64,000 bases of DNA from Schizosaccharomyces osmophilus (Eukaryota): positions 1,550,001 to 1,614,000 of the forward strand of contig NC_079238.1 in NCBI RefSeq assembly GCF_027921745.1, in the 5' to 3' direction. The translations under genes were made by a program, and so were the position numbers. Below are positions 25,109 to 38,410 of this stretch, piece after piece. Under the pieces are notes generated by a model. The model was given only the letters and a program-made list of their open reading frames with translations, was not told where the DNA came from and ran no database searches. Each line of letters opens with the position of its first letter. Within the stretch, counting starts at the first letter, position 1.

Positions 25109-26779
25109 ATGGATTCTTCTTCTGTGGTAGGAATTTTAGGAGGTGGTCAGTTAGGCCGAATGATGTTAGAGGCTGCTCATCGTTTAAATATTCGTTGTGT
25201 CGTAGTTGACGCTCCAAACTGCCCAGCAAAACAGATTGACGGTGGTCGTGATCATATTGATGCTTCTTTCCGTGATGAAAATGCGATCGCAGAACTTGCC
25301 AAAAAATGTACAGTAGTCACCACTGAAATTGAGCACATCAACACCAATGCTCTGGAGTCTATCTCGTCTACCGTCTCTGTAGAGCCTGCTTATTCTACTT
25401 TAAGATGCATTCAAGACAAGTACTTACAGAAACAGCATCTTCAAACATTCCATGTTGCTTTACCCGAGTTTTGGGATGCTCCTAATCAAGCTGCAGTTGA
25501 GACTGCCGGACAAAAGGTTGGTTATCCGTTTGTTCTTAAGAGCAAGACTCTCGCTTATGATGGAAGAGGAAACTACGTTGTTCGTCAACCCCAAGAGATT
25601 CCTGAGGGTATTAAGGCATTAGGAGATCGCCCTCTGTATGTCGAAAAATTCGTTCCTTTCTCAATGGAGATCGCCGTAATGGTGGTTCGTACTTTAGATG
25701 GTAACGTCTATGCTTACCCTACTACGGAAACTATACAAAAAGACAACATTTGTCATTTGGTTTACGCTCCCGCCCGTCTCCCTCATCATCTTCAAAAGCG
25801 TGCCCAAACCCTTGCCATGGATGCTGTTCGTACCTTCAAGGGTGCTGGCATTTATGGTGTAGAAATGTTCGTACTACAAGATGGAGAAACTGTCTTGTTG
25901 AACGAAATTGCCCCTCGTCCTCATAATTCTGGCCATTATACAATCGAAGCCTGTCCTACTTCCCAGTTTGAAGCACATATCCGCGCAATTACAGGTCTCC
26001 CTTTCACCGAAGCCAACACCCGTTTAAGTACTGCAACTACACATGCTCTTATGGTAAACTTGCTTGGTGGTGAAGACCCCAACTACGTTTTTCGAATTGC
26101 AAAGCGCTCTCTTTTAATACCCGGTGCTACTTTGCACTTGTACGGAAAAGGTGAATCCAGAAAAGGAAGAAAGATGGGTCATATTACCATTGTTGCCGAC
26201 TCTTCTCAAGAATGCGAACGCAGATACGAAATGTTGATAGAGGAAGAAGAAAAGGCTCAGGCTCCCTCCGAGCCTCCCATGGTTGGAATTATCATGGGTT
26301 CCGATTCTGATTTGTCTAAAATGAAGGATGCTGCTATTATCTTGGATCAATTTAAAGTCCCCTATGAAGTAACTATTGTGTCTGCTCATCGCACCCCTGA
26401 ACGAATGGTCACCTACGCTCGTTCTGCTGCTTCCCGTGGTCTTCGAGCTATTATAGCAGGCGCTGGAGGTGCTGCTCATTTGCCCGGTATGGTTGCAGCA
26501 ATGACTCCTTTACCTGTAATTGGTGTTCCTGTTAAAGGAAGCTCTTTAGATGGTGTTGATTCTCTCCATTCCATCGTTCAAATGCCACGAGGCGTGCCTG
26601 TTGCCACTGTTGCTATCAACAACAGCACGAACGCCGGTCTTCTGGCTTGCCGTATATTGGCATCTTTTCGCCCTGATTTGTTGCACGCTTTGGAAGAATA
26701 TATGGATAATATGCGTGATGTAGTGCTTGAAAAAGCCGACCGCTTAGAGCAAAGTGGGTGGAAAAATTACACAGTATAA
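25109..26779 (+). CDS. ade6: Phosphoribosylaminoimidazole carboxylase (PurK-PurE fusion)
   Basis: [48 protein letters not shown]. Confidence 0.98.
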   Translation: MDSSSVVGILGGGQLGRMMLEAAHRLNIRCVVVDAPNCPAKQIDGGRDHIDASFRDENAIAELAKKCTVVTTEIEHINTNALESISSTVSVEPAYSTLRCIQDKYLQKQHLQTFHVALPEFWDAPNQAAVETAGQKVGYPFVLKSKTLAYDGRGNYVVRQPQEIPEGIKALGDRPLYVEKFVPFSMEIAVMVVRTLDGNVYAYPTTETIQKDNICHLVYAPARLPHHLQKRAQTLAMDAVRTFKGAGIYGVEMFVLQDGETVLLNEIAPRPHNSGHYTIEACPTSQFEAHIRAITGLPFTEANTRLSTATTHALMVNLLGGEDPNYVFRIAKRSLLIPGATLHLYGKGESRKGRKMGHITIVADSSQECERRYEMLIEEEEKAQAPSEPPMVGIIMGSDSDLSKMKDAAIILDQFKVPYEVTIVSAHRTPERMVTYARSAASRGLRAIIAGAGGAAHLPGMVAAMTPLPVIGVPVKGSSLDGVDSLHSIVQMPRGVPVATVAINNSTNAGLLACRILASFRPDLLHALEEYMDNMRDVVLEKADRLEQSGWKNYTV

Positions 26780-27017
26780 ATTTAATGTAGTCTGTGACGA
26801 TATGGATTTAACTTTGCTGTTCCTCATTGTATATACCCATTATTTCGCATCATTCCCTTTTTGCTACAATTTCTGATTTAATTCTATTTTAATATAATTT
26901 TTGGGTTTTGCTCTTTCTACTGTAAACAAGATATTATGCTCAGTTATTTGTGTGATGTGTCTATATAAATTAGAAGTTCATTATTGAAAAATTATTAGAC
27001 ATCGTCAGGTCACGTAG

Positions 27018-29171
27018 TTAGGCTTTGAAATTAAAAACAATGTTGGCGACGATTGCAATTGTAGTTATACCGCAAACAACAGTTGGACCAAATCGATCAT
27101 CGTATCGCACAGCATTGTGCTTAGCAATATTAACAGCTCGCCATAAATACAAAAGGGTGGTATAAATAATAGCAGACAAGGCAACGAGAGTAAAACAGGA
27201 TGCTGCTAGTATACCTGCACGAGTATGAGAAAAATTAAACAAGGCAATGCCAATGGAACCCATCAAAATTGAATAACGCAAATAATCCAAATAGGTACGC
27301 TCTAAAGCGAAATATGTTTTTGGTTCCACACGAACAGGAACATATATTCTTTTGCCAGGAGGAGCTGTAAAATTCTGCTCATACAATATTGAAGGCTCGT
27401 TTGATTCTTCAAACTTTGGAACGGTTTCTAGAAAGAAACTATCCTTTATAGCTTTTAGTTTTGTAGTGATTAAGGAAATAAAAGAATCATGATCTCTTCG
27501 TTCACCTCTGCTTAATAAGGAAGTGCGTTCATCTAAGTCATCAAATTGATCATGAGCACGGTGGAGATTTTCATTTCTTCTGACAGTAGATGATGACGGT
27601 ATACGCGCTTCTTCATCTAAGACATTACTCGATTGTGTGTTCTCGTTATCAGATACATGCTGGGATGCCGAAGAACTAGGAACATCGCTTAAACTCTTCA
27701 CGGGACGAACGGTATTATTAGCAGGCTTTCTAATATCTGTTGACATTTGTGGAAACCAGTAAGGAAGCATATCAATACGATCATAAAATAGGCTAGAAAC
27801 ACCATGGATAAACTTAGAAAATTTAGGCACTGCTTCAACGAGATGACTGTTTACCAAATTATTTACCCATTCGGGGGGATCCTGGCCAAACTGGGTCTGA
27901 AGTTTTACTTCTAGAATAGCATAAGGAAAGCGCACCACATCTTCATCGGGAATTTGATTAAAGGGGTAGTCAATTCCGATGTCCATACGGCGCCAATTGT
28001 TTCCAGCACGATTTGGACCATCTTCTCGAACCAATGCCAAATTAGAGTCCAAGGAGATACGAACACGAGCATCACCTGGCAGTTGGAATGCAGTTCTTTC
28101 ATAGAAACTTCGAACGTATGGCTTCATTCCTTTACTTATAACAGTATACTGAACTTCCTTTGCCAGCCGTTCCAGATTTTCAATTTCAGAGATTGGTTTT
28201 TTCCCTTCTTTTCGCATTTTCGTAAAGGCTTCTTTAACGGTGTAATCACCGCGTAAAAAGGCGTTAACGTTTTTTTCCTTTAACGGAAATCTGGCCTTTA
28301 CACTTTTTTCTCCGGTCCAATCTTCACGATGAGTTTTGCGCTCAACGAAAATGTTGTTGTTTTCCATACTGCCATACCAACGAAGACGTATAGCTTCCGC
28401 ACCTTCGTGCTTTTCAAGGCGACCAAGATAAAACTCTAGATCGTCGTTGTCGTAATAAATACTTGAAATAGCAGAATCTTCACGGGTGAACTCTTTATTG
28501 GGATTGAAGACCAAAACAGGCAAATGCTTGAGAATATAAAGTTTTAGCTCTGTTACGTTGGAAGGGTGAACCCAGTACTTCGTAGTTTGACGAACAAAAT
28601 TCTGTTGAGTACCGCCAGCTGCATTATCGCCCCTAATGGGGCTGCCACGAGTACGAATGAAATCGTACAGTCGACTAAGCTTTACTATTAAAAGATCATA
28701 TTGTTCTTTGTAAAAAGGACGGGCATTCAAACGAACGGCAAAAACAGGCTTTAGTGACCAAGAGGTATGCTTATCATGTTTCTTAACGATTTTGTAAAAA
28801 GCAGTGTAATTGAGTTCACAAAACTTCGCCAAATCATGCACCGTTGCCATAATGTCCGTAAGTTCAGTTTCCAAAGTCATGAAATCAGCATCCGTTGGAG
28901 GAGCATCGCTATTAAGACGACTAACAGCATCCGAAGTTTGTTCCTCACAGAAGCGGATGCGTTCCAGTGTCTCTTCTGATTTCGCCTTTTGAAAAGAAAA
29001 AACTTTGTCGAGCTCTTTTTCTAGTAATTCAACAAAGTCGGACTCATCCTCTTCGGACCAGCCTCCATCATCATTTCTCTTTTTAATTTCTTTCTTTAGT
29101 TTGTCATAGTTTACGTATGAGTATTGATATTCCCGTACTAGCGTTTCTTTCAGCAATTGGCCAAACTTCAT
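27018..29171 (-). CDS. vtc4: Vacuolar polyphosphate polymerase Vtc4 (SPX, VTC and transmembrane domains)
   Basis: MKFG..Y..LKK SPX start; RQTTKYWVH; RLRWYG; KFSKFIHG; VEPKTYFALERT. Confidence 0.95.
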   Translation of the reverse strand: MKFGQLLKETLVREYQYSYVNYDKLKKEIKKRNDDGGWSEEDESDFVELLEKELDKVFSFQKAKSEETLERIRFCEEQTSDAVSRLNSDAPPTDADFMTLETELTDIMATVHDLAKFCELNYTAFYKIVKKHDKHTSWSLKPVFAVRLNARPFYKEQYDLLIVKLSRLYDFIRTRGSPIRGDNAAGGTQQNFVRQTTKYWVHPSNVTELKLYILKHLPVLVFNPNKEFTREDSAISSIYYDNDDLEFYLGRLEKHEGAEAIRLRWYGSMENNNIFVERKTHREDWTGEKSVKARFPLKEKNVNAFLRGDYTVKEAFTKMRKEGKKPISEIENLERLAKEVQYTVISKGMKPYVRSFYERTAFQLPGDARVRISLDSNLALVREDGPNRAGNNWRRMDIGIDYPFNQIPDEDVVRFPYAILEVKLQTQFGQDPPEWVNNLVNSHLVEAVPKFSKFIHGVSSLFYDRIDMLPYWFPQMSTDIRKPANNTVRPVKSLSDVPSSSASQHVSDNENTQSSNVLDEEARIPSSSTVRRNENLHRAHDQFDDLDERTSLLSRGERRDHDSFISLITTKLKAIKDSFFLETVPKFEESNEPSILYEQNFTAPPGKRIYVPVRVEPKTYFALERTYLDYLRYSILMGSIGIALFNFSHTRAGILAASCFTLVALSAIIYTTLLYLWRAVNIAKHNAVRYDDRFGPTVVCGITTIAIVANIVFNFKA

Positions 29172-29871
29172 CTTTTTCGCTCAAGTCAACAACAAAAACA
29201 GATAGTGTTTCAAAACAAGGAAAAGCAGAGAAAAAGGTTGCTTTTTAGTGTCAACACCTAAAGAAATAAAATGGAATTGTGATTCCAACAAGCTTTAACT
29301 GATAAGGTATACAAATCTGCAAGCAATGAATTCGTTGACTTCAGTTTATTAATGCAATCAGAGTACCAACAGCCTCCTATACAAATAAAATCTTTGAAGG
29401 GAAGTTGCTAATCCAAGAAACGAATGCTATACAAACGATAAAAAAAGCCAAAAAAACCAGGTCGATAGGTCTTTAAAGCTCCTAATATTCAAATTTACCT
29501 CTAAAGTACCTATTTTACGTCCAAAAAAGAGTTGGTTCTGAGCAACCTCAAATCGTAGTGAATTGGTGGTTGATAGTATACCAGTTCACACACTTGATGC
29601 AAGTAGTGAATCATTAGTTCACGGTTGGTAGCAAACCATTCAGGAACGGAAATTCTACTTTTATTTTAAAATACAATCCTTTTTTAATTTATTCTTCATT
29701 TCATATTGATTTTAACAGAAGTAAACAAATACAAATTTTGATTCTCTTCTATATAAGGAGGAATCCATTTACAGAACTGTAAGCTTCCTTAAAACAGGTT
29801 ACCAGCGTGTCAATAGCTGCGGTATATTTGGTTAAAGAAACGCAACGTAAATCGAATTGAGAACGATGAAG

Positions 29872-29879
29872 CAGTCACA
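29872..29879 (+). promoter_or_regulatory. Homol D box (CAGTCACA) upstream of rpl34
   Basis: Exact fission-yeast ribosomal-protein core promoter element, about 270 bp before the ATG. Confidence 0.6.
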
Positions 29880-30147
29880 GCCCGAAATGTTGAGGATGAC
29901 AAACTCAACCAGAAAAGAAAACTGACCCCAAGTTTTTTGCCTTATTTTTTTGAGGAAAATAATTGATAAAAAACGGTTCCTTTGAAACCCCTTGAATACT
30001 TGTTGACAGAACGGTAAAAAAGGGACGAATTGGAGATTATTGAGATTTATAGGACACCTTTATTGTTGAAAAATTAAAGTGCTTAACCCCATTTCAATTC
30101 AAGTAAATTTGGAAATCACGTAAATAACAAAAGACTTACCAAACAAA

Positions 30148-30486
30148 ATGGCCCAAAGAGTTACTTATCGTCGTCGTTTGGCCTACAACACTCGTAGCAA
30201 TAAAACCAGAATTATCAAGACTCCTGGAAATAAAGTGCGCTACTTGCACATTAAAAAATTAGGAACCATTCCTCGATGTGGTGATACTGGTGTTCCCTTG
30301 CAAGGTATTCCTGCTTTACGTCCCCGTGAGTTTGCTCGTCTTTCCCACAACAAAAAAACCGTCCAGCGTGCTTATGGTGGTAATTTAAGTGCCAATGCTG
30401 TGAAAGACCGCATTGTTCGTGCCTTTTTGATCGAGGAACAAAAGATCGTTAAGCAAAAATTGAAGCAATTGGGCGATAAGAAGTAA
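30148..30486 (+). CDS. rpl34: 60S ribosomal protein eL34
   Basis: MAQRVTYRRRLAYNTRSNK..TPG; RAYGG; RIVRAFLIEEQKIVK. Confidence 0.97.
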   Translation: MAQRVTYRRRLAYNTRSNKTRIIKTPGNKVRYLHIKKLGTIPRCGDTGVPLQGIPALRPREFARLSHNKKTVQRAYGGNLSANAVKDRIVRAFLIEEQKIVKQKLKQLGDKK

Positions 30487-31739
30487 AGGACAACACCTGC
30501 AATCCTCTGTCGTACATGGCCGTTTTCTTCATTACATACGTGGTTACCCGTCGTCAGCGTGGAACGAGGTTGATAGGAATAGGAGTTTTGGTTAATGAAC
30601 TGCAATCTGGGAGAAGCAAGGTAAACACGGCTGACCTGTTTAAGAAAATTAATGGCTATTTGGCTTGTATTTTTATGTATTCTATTTCTGTTGACAGTAT
30701 TCAATGAATCATTTTTTATTACTTATTCACTCCATTCTTCTGAAGAACACTATGTGCAATTGTGTTGTCCCATGTAAAATGATCTAGCAACAATCGTAGT
30801 CACGTATCATTTCAAAGTCCCATTTTAATCATGATCAAGGAAATAAGTTTATGTATTTCATATGGAATATCTGCTTCGCAGCGCAATGCCTTCAAAATGC
30901 TAAAGAGCAATAAAGAAAGCGTCTTATACGAGGTCTGAACATTCCATTCATCTACAAATTTATTCTACATCTATCACTCTTGCTAGTCGACTGTACAAAA
31001 GCATCTTCCATTACATTTATTCACACAAATTTAGAGCAGCACTGCCAAGTAACATGCTAATATGATATTTCCCATGAAAAGGCAGTAATTTGTGGCATGC
31101 TACCTGTATATCATGCTGTTAAATTAGTATGATACGATGAAAACAACTGTAAATAAACAAAGGACGTTCAGAAGAGAATAAAAAGGAATAGAAAAAATAA
31201 CTGCATAAACAAAAATTCAAAGAGAGCCGTTTCAGAGTTATTTATTCGTGTGGTATTTCAAAAGCATATTCTCCGACCTTTGTTTGGCCAACACGCTGCT
31301 GCATTCATTTCCGCCCTTTCTTGACTAAACCGTTATCACAGGTTTTTCACTTCTATTTTGTAACTCTTCCAGAGAAACCCAAAGTCATTCGTAGACGAGC
31401 CGATCTTCATAAGTTATACCATGACTTATCCCCTCTTGCCGTTGAATTACCGGATTTCTTCCCGTAAAAGATTTGATGAAGCCAATCTCAACCAGCTTTC
31501 TTTCTTTCTCTTCCACTTTCCATCCATGTCTTTCTCAAAGCTACACCTATGTCTTGTAAAGTCTACTATGTATTGATATAGGACTGGATTTTCGGACTCG
31601 TTATATTACTATACCTAATATACTGAGCACAAATAACCACCATAGCTTTGCATAGTGAACCTGTACGTAGCCCAAGGAGGGTGTATAAAGCAAACGTAGC
31701 AGCAAGTCCGATGCAACTGCCAAACAGGGAATTTCAAAG

Positions 31740-32875
31740 ATGAATCGTCAAAAACCTTTTCAGCAAATGAATGAGATTATTAAGCGTGGAATGCCTAAGG
31801 GAAAAAACGCTTTCACGGGAACTGGCCTAATTCTGGCTCTGGGTCTGGCTGGATTTGCCGTTCAAACTTCTCTATTCAACGTGGACGGTGGTCACCGTGT
31901 GATTAAATATAGTCGTGTTGGAGGTGTGAAGAACTTCATTTATCCTGAAGGAACGCATTTCCTCATTCCTTGGATCGAAACTCCTATTGATTACGATGTC
32001 CGTGCGAAACCCAGAAATGTCTCTTCTTTGACCGGTACAAAAGGTACGTAGAATATTGATGGCTTATTTAAATTCGTAATGCTCGATTTCTTGAGAATTT
32101 TTCCCAAATTTGGCTTATCTATTTTACGGAAAGATTCTTCTATTTATCGCTGCTTGCCTGGTAAAAGCTCGTTGCTAACTTTTTGTTTTCTAGATCTTCA
32201 AATGGTTAACATCAACTGCCGTGTTCTTTCTCGTCCTGTCGTTGAGGCTTTACCCAAAATTTACCGGACCTTAGGTGGAGATTACGACGAGCGAGTCTTA
32301 CCATCCATCGTCAATGAGGTTTTGAAAAGCGTTGTTGCACAATTTAATGCCAGTCAATTGATTACTCAACGTGAACGTGTATCTCGATTGGTTCGTGAAA
32401 ACTTAATGAAGCGTGCTGCTAGATTTAATATTCTTTTGGACGATGTCTCTTTGACACATGGTAAGTTACCTTCTTTAAATAAACATATTTCATGTGCTTT
32501 ATATAATTAATTCTAACTGCTCAATTCTAGTTCAATTTTCCCCTGAGTTTACAGCAGCCGTAGAGGCTAAACAAATTGCTCAGCAGGATGCACAAAGAGG
32601 TATGTACATTTTTTTTGGTAATTTTTGAAAGTGCAATAACTAATCATCTTATAGCTACCTTCTACGTTGACCATGCTCGCATGGAGAAGCAAGGATTTAT
32701 TGTTCGTGCTCAAGGTGAGGGTAGAGCAGCCCAATTGATTGGTGATGCCATAAAAAATAAGCCTGGCTTTGTTGAACTTCGTAGACTGGAAACAGCTAGA
32801 GAAATTGCAACTATTCTTTCCAAGAGTAATAACAAGGTTATGCTGAGCGCTAGCACCCTTTTACTGGATAACTAG
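31740..32875 (+). CDS. phb2: Prohibitin 2, 3 introns (32044-32193, 32461-32530, 32600-32653)
   Basis: [51 protein letters not shown]. Confidence 0.93.
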
Positions 32876-33090
32876 TAATCGGAATTGTTTTTAATGTCTC
32901 TCCACTCTTTTCCACATGCGAGTTTCTATAGTTCTATTATAATTTTATAGTTTTGAATCCATTGTTTATGCTTCTCTTCCTTTTTTCCATCATGTAGAAC
33001 AAAAAGTTTTTAATTTAACACTATCGACACTATTATCATCATGAAAATTAAAAGAAACAAAAACTAAACGTACGAAATAACTCATAATGT

Positions 33091-36000
33091 CTATTTTTTG
33101 GATTTCTTTGAATTGGTGCTAGACCCAAAAACAACCCGCAGTCGGTTAACACTAAATGGCGCAACAATTTCTCCATCTTTCAGGTTTTCCAAAATTTTCA
33201 CTTCATTGGAAGAAGGTTTTCCAAGAGTTTTTGTGAAGTGAGCAATTGATTCTCGAGCGGATTTACCAACTTTTCCGGATCCGGGAGTAACTTTCACTTT
33301 AAGATTAAATTTGGCCATCGTACTATAAGGAGCAAACGTGGGTACTGCATTGATAATAACATCTTCAGTATCTGGGCTGGGTGTCAAAGCATCGCGAGCA
33401 TATAGCATTTCTTCGTACAAGTCCTGAGTCATATCTTCACGTTCGATTTTAGTTTCCTTCACCTTTCTCTCGGATCTTTGAGGCTTTAATGCCGACATAT
33501 CCTCCTCATTAGGTGTAGCCTCTTTAATTTCTTGAGATTTATTCTCAGGACCCTTATCAGCATCCACAGTCTTCGATTCGCTCTCTTCTTTTTGGGTTTC
33601 CAATTCCTCCTTCTCGACTTTAGGTTCTGGCGGTGATGGTATTTCATTCGATTTCTTCTTCTTCTTTTGTTTCAAGATAGCTAGAATCGCTTGGGGATCC
33701 GATGCGTCTTCAATGGAGACTGGTTTCTTAGATGATTCCTCCAATGCAGTTTGTTTCCTTTGCTTACGAGCTTCCCTTCTCTCCTTTGCGGGGGGCTTCT
33801 TGGCTGTTATAGGTTTGGAACCTTTTTTACCTCTTTTTTCACTTACAATATGGACATCATGATCAAATACACTTTGTGATTTCGAACTTTTGGACGCTCC
33901 TTCAATTAAAGTATCTTTAAGTTCCGGTCTATCTGGAACCAAGACTTCTCTTGGTTGAGAGCTCTTGGCTTCAACCTCATCAATTTTAAGTTCGGATATT
34001 TTTTGTTCGGTATTTTGTAGCTCTGATTCGATACGTTTTTGGCAATGGCGTTCAGTGCTTTGTTCGTCCAATAGCCACAATATGCCATAACCCATAGTAA
34101 GCACATTTGGAGGTAAGTAGTTTTTAGAACCTCGAATGGCAAAACTGCCTGCTGGAAGAACATCACCCGCATATCCTGTTTTCGAGACTTGATCAATATG
34201 AACCCACCAAGCGCTGATAACTGTCTTCGAGTCCCAAGCCTTTGAAGAGGCCAATGCCAATGAACCTGCTTGTTGCATGGTGTTTGGCGGTAAAGGATCA
34301 TTTGCGTTTCGATTTTTAACAATAACTATGGAAGACTTTGGTAAATCAGCGCATACAAAGATATCACCTTTGTTACAATACTTTGTAAACAGTAATTCAT
34401 TTTGTTGAGCATCGCGCCCTCCAAGGACCAAGTATCCTTCAGAAGAGAAAAACCAATGAAACTTCTCAAAGAAAAATGCTTTCCTTGTTGGAAGGATTCT
34501 TTGGTGTTCAGCATTTGTTGAACGCTTCAAGTCTTGGTCAATTCTTTTTTGCGTATTTTTTAAAGCTTTTGAAGCAGCTTCCAAAGTTTTCGTTTCTTTG
34601 ACTATGGCTTCTCGACGCTTCTCGTATTGCCTACGAGCATTAGCATAAGCACCTAGTGACAAGTCTATTTCGACAACAACGTTTGAGGCTTCTTGTTTGG
34701 GCTTTTTAAAGGAATCTGTCTCTGACTCATCTTCGTCCGAAAGGTCATAATCATCATCTGCAGGTTCTGATGATACAATGGGATTTGGAAGCATGATATT
34801 TACCGCATTATTTTTTAGTTTGAGAGGAAGGGCTATGCAAGCAACAACGGGACTGCGCCGTTTTTGAACTTGAATGAGTTTTTCGATATCTAACCAATCC
34901 ATTCCTTGATTTAAGAGATTGTTTATATACGAAGCAATAGCTTCTACCAACTCTGAGTTTGTTTCGATAGCCTCAGCCTTCAAGGACGAGAGTTGCTGGA
35001 CTTCTTGTAAGTTTTTAATCTTCTGTTCTTGGTCATCTTTTGCTGAATGAATTCGGCGTTCAGCAGTCATAACACGGTCATGAGCTCTTTTTTCCATTTT
35101 TTGCGTCTCTATAGAGGAAAAAAATTCATCAACGCATTCATTATACGAATGGAACTCGCTACAAACACGATTTGCTTGCACCAATTGTAAGGGCTTAAAA
35201 GGATGGAAGTCTTCGTACATGAGCATATCCTTCTTTTCTTCGTTGTTAGAAGTAGAGGGATCAGCAAGGATGTTTTGCTGAGTGGAAAATATGTAGCCCT
35301 TAACAGGTGGTTTTACCATAGAAGACAGAATACCATCCGCTGCTTGAAAAGCGGAGAGCAACTCTCTCTTTTTGTCTTCATCGGCACTTAACTGATCAGC
35401 TGGGAGTAAAGGATCTAAATTTGATTGTCGGATACAATGCTCTACCAATGCATTACCATACTCTCCCAGACGAACTGTCAAGGCTTTACGAAGGGTAATG
35501 GGTTTTGGCTGTTTGCCGTTTGGTTTTTGGGAAGCGGCCATTTTCTCAGCCTTGGATTTTCCAGCTACGTCTTCCAATAGTTGTGTCAATTTTTCGAATG
35601 TCATCTGAGGCATTTTTTGCTGGTTACCCATGTTGTGCGTTAACCGGCTTTGATCCAGATTATAATGTTGACCAACAGCATAAACTTGGTTCTTATCAAA
35701 TGTAACAACGCGTAACAAACTCAAAATTTTATGAGAACCATCGAGTAATAAGACGTTTCCGGCTGCGAAAAACTCACAGACAAGGTAGTATGTCCATGAA
35801 GGATCTTGATCGTTTTCACCTCCACCAAATGTAAACACGAGTACACGATCGGTATCCAGTTGTGACACATTAGTTAGCCTTCTGGATTTGATATGTTTAC
35901 GTAGTTTTGAGACGAATCCAGAAAGTTGGGCATTTTCACGTTGGAACTTTGTCAAGTGAACACGAAATCCACTTTCAATGACCAGTGAGTATTTCTTGTC

Positions 36001-36183
36001 CTAATTACAATTCTGTTAGTATGTTTAGTAATTCTCTAATTGTTTAACTACCTGTTTTCCAAACTTCAATAAGAATGAACGCGGGTTCAAGTCATGAATA
36101 TTGTTTAAACGGCAACCAATAATTTCCTCTCGCAATTCTGCACCAATTGCGGTGATATCTAAAGCTGAGAACCTTTGTTTCAT
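33091..36183 (-). CDS. rqc2: Ribosome quality-control factor Rqc2/NEMF (Mtr1); intron 36051-36001
   Basis: MKQRFSALD; IESGFRVH; FFEKFHWFFSSEGYLVLGGRDAQQNE; KVKVTPGSGKVGK. Confidence 0.92.
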
Positions 36184-36601
36184 CTAAGTTATCGTGTATT
36201 TACCGCCTGGTAATACTGTATATTGGTAATGTAGTTGGTAATGTTTAAGACGTAAACATGCACAGAAAGCAACAGGATAGCGAAGTCTACTTTCATCTGT
36301 TAAGACTTTTATCGAAAACTAAGGAAAACTTACGAAAATTATTACGTTTAATTTCTGTGACGTAGTGTAGTGTCGTGGTCATCGCTAAACACTGCCATAA
36401 GCTTATTCTTTCAAGGATGCTATTTTCAGCTTCTCTCGTAAACAAACTAGAAACACCAAAAAGAGGAAGAATAGCAGCGAGCTTGGGTTCTTAACGTTCA
36501 ATTGAAACAGTAATTAGAAGTTATTTCTTAATATACGCTTTTGGAAAACGGATTGGCATCTAAATTTGAAAAGAAAAAACAGACAAGCATTTTAGAAAAA
36601 A

Positions 36602-37914
36602 ATGGGTTTGTCAACGAGATCTGTGCATGGAAATGCTCAAAAAAAATTGGAAAAAATTGCATCTCTCATAAAAGAAAATAAGGGTTTGTACATATTTTGA
36701 AGCGAATATGTTTTAAAAGCCATATGTTAACATCATGGGAAAGTGAACCAAATCTGTGTTATGGCAGGAGCAGGAATAAGTACGGCCGCTGGAATCCCTG
36801 ATTTCCGAAGGTAATTACAAAGTCCATGTGTGGTAATAACTAACGAGTTTAGTCCGAAGACTGGTATCTATAATAACTTACAAAGGTAAGAAAACAACAA
36901 CCTTTATTTTGGCTGTACGAAGAAGTTGTTATCTGACACTTTTAGATTCAATCTGCCTTACGCAGAGGCCGTATTTGGTATGCTTTATGGACTTTGCCAA
37001 TGTAAATAGCTTCTAACTGAGTAGACCTTTCGTATTTTCAGAAAAACCCTCGTCCTTTTTACGAGTTGGCCTACGAGTTATTACCAGAAAAGTTTAGGCC
37101 GACATACACCCATTATTTTATTCGTTTGCTTCATGACAAAGGTTTGCTGAAAAGATGCTATACACAAAACATCGATACTTTGGAGAGATTGGCCGGTGTT
37201 CCCGAAGAGCTTTTAGTGGAAGCTCATGGCTCCTTTCAGTATAGCCGCTGTATAGAATGTTACGAAATGGTACGGGATAAACAAGATTGTATTCCAAGCT
37301 AAACTTTTTAGAGTGATACCGAATATGTACGATCGTGTATAAAACAAAAGCAAGTTCCCCAATGCGTACATTGTAAGGGCTTTGTCAAACCAATGATTAC
37401 GTTTTATGGAGAAGGACTTCCTTCTCGATTTTTTGAAGAAATGGAAGATGATACGGAAAACTGTGATATGGCTCTCGTTCTTGGAACGAGCTTACTCGTC
37501 CATCCTTTCGCTGAATTGCCTGAAATTGTCCCCGACAAGTGTGAGCGAGTTTTGATCAATCGTGAAATTGCCGGTGATTTTGGAGAGCGAAAAAATGACA
37601 TAATCGTATTAGGGGATTGTGAAACGCAAATTCGTTCTCTTTGTGAAATGCTGGGTTGGTCAGAAGAGTTAGACAAACTAGCATCACCGGATATTGATAC
37701 TTTAGCAGAGGAAATTGCACAGCTTTCTGTCCAAAATAAAGCTAATAATTCTTCGAAGGACGAAGAAAAAAGCACAGAAGAACAAAAAGAAGAACCCTCC
37801 TCGTCTCCTGCTGAGCAGATTGCCGACCAAAACGAAACAAACGTAACTAGAGCTACCTCGGCCTCATCCTCTCCTAAAGAGGAGAAACCCGTCTCTCAAA
37901 GGAAGAACGATTAG
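36602..37914 (+). CDS. hst2: Sirtuin Hst2 (NAD-dependent deacetylase), multi-intron
   Basis: [30 protein letters not shown]; CxxC zinc ligands; GTSL; INRE. Confidence 0.93.
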
Positions 37915-38410
37915 AAATGATTTCATTTATGTGTACAGTCGGATTTCCACGTTTGTTTTGTATTATTTAATGTAAGATATTATGGGATTGGGTAGTCGGG
38001 AAGCTTATAACAAAATAAATTATGATTACTTCGAACTTACGGCGCCAAATTGTTCGTCCCTTCATAGGAATGTGTCTTGCAATTTACGAATTAGCACTCA
38101 AATCTGTAGGAACGTGCATTTTTGCATATAGTAACGACAACGAATTATGCACAATCAAGAATTATAGAAACCATCGTTCAAATGTTGTCGACTTTCATTT
38201 TCGCGCTACGAGTTTTAAACACGCTTGGTCTTCTCATTATTCTCACACTTCTCCCTTTTCTATTACTGTTGCTAAAAGATTATCTTTTTTTATTTTTTTT
38301 TAAAAAATAATATTTCAATGTAAGTATATTTTTTAAAAAAATAAAAAAAAAGGGACTAGTTAAAACAAAGTAGCTAGCTTTTTAGATTCTAAAGGTTGAA
38401 TCGGTATACT

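Noticed and set aside
30490..30700. TPP riboswitch in a UTR
   Set aside because: The conserved CUGAGA and GAACCUGA-type cores are absent.
31200..31560. Purine-rich minus-strand stretch upstream of phb2 that looks partly coding
   Set aside because: All frames are interrupted and no family is recognisable; may be UTR or lncRNA.
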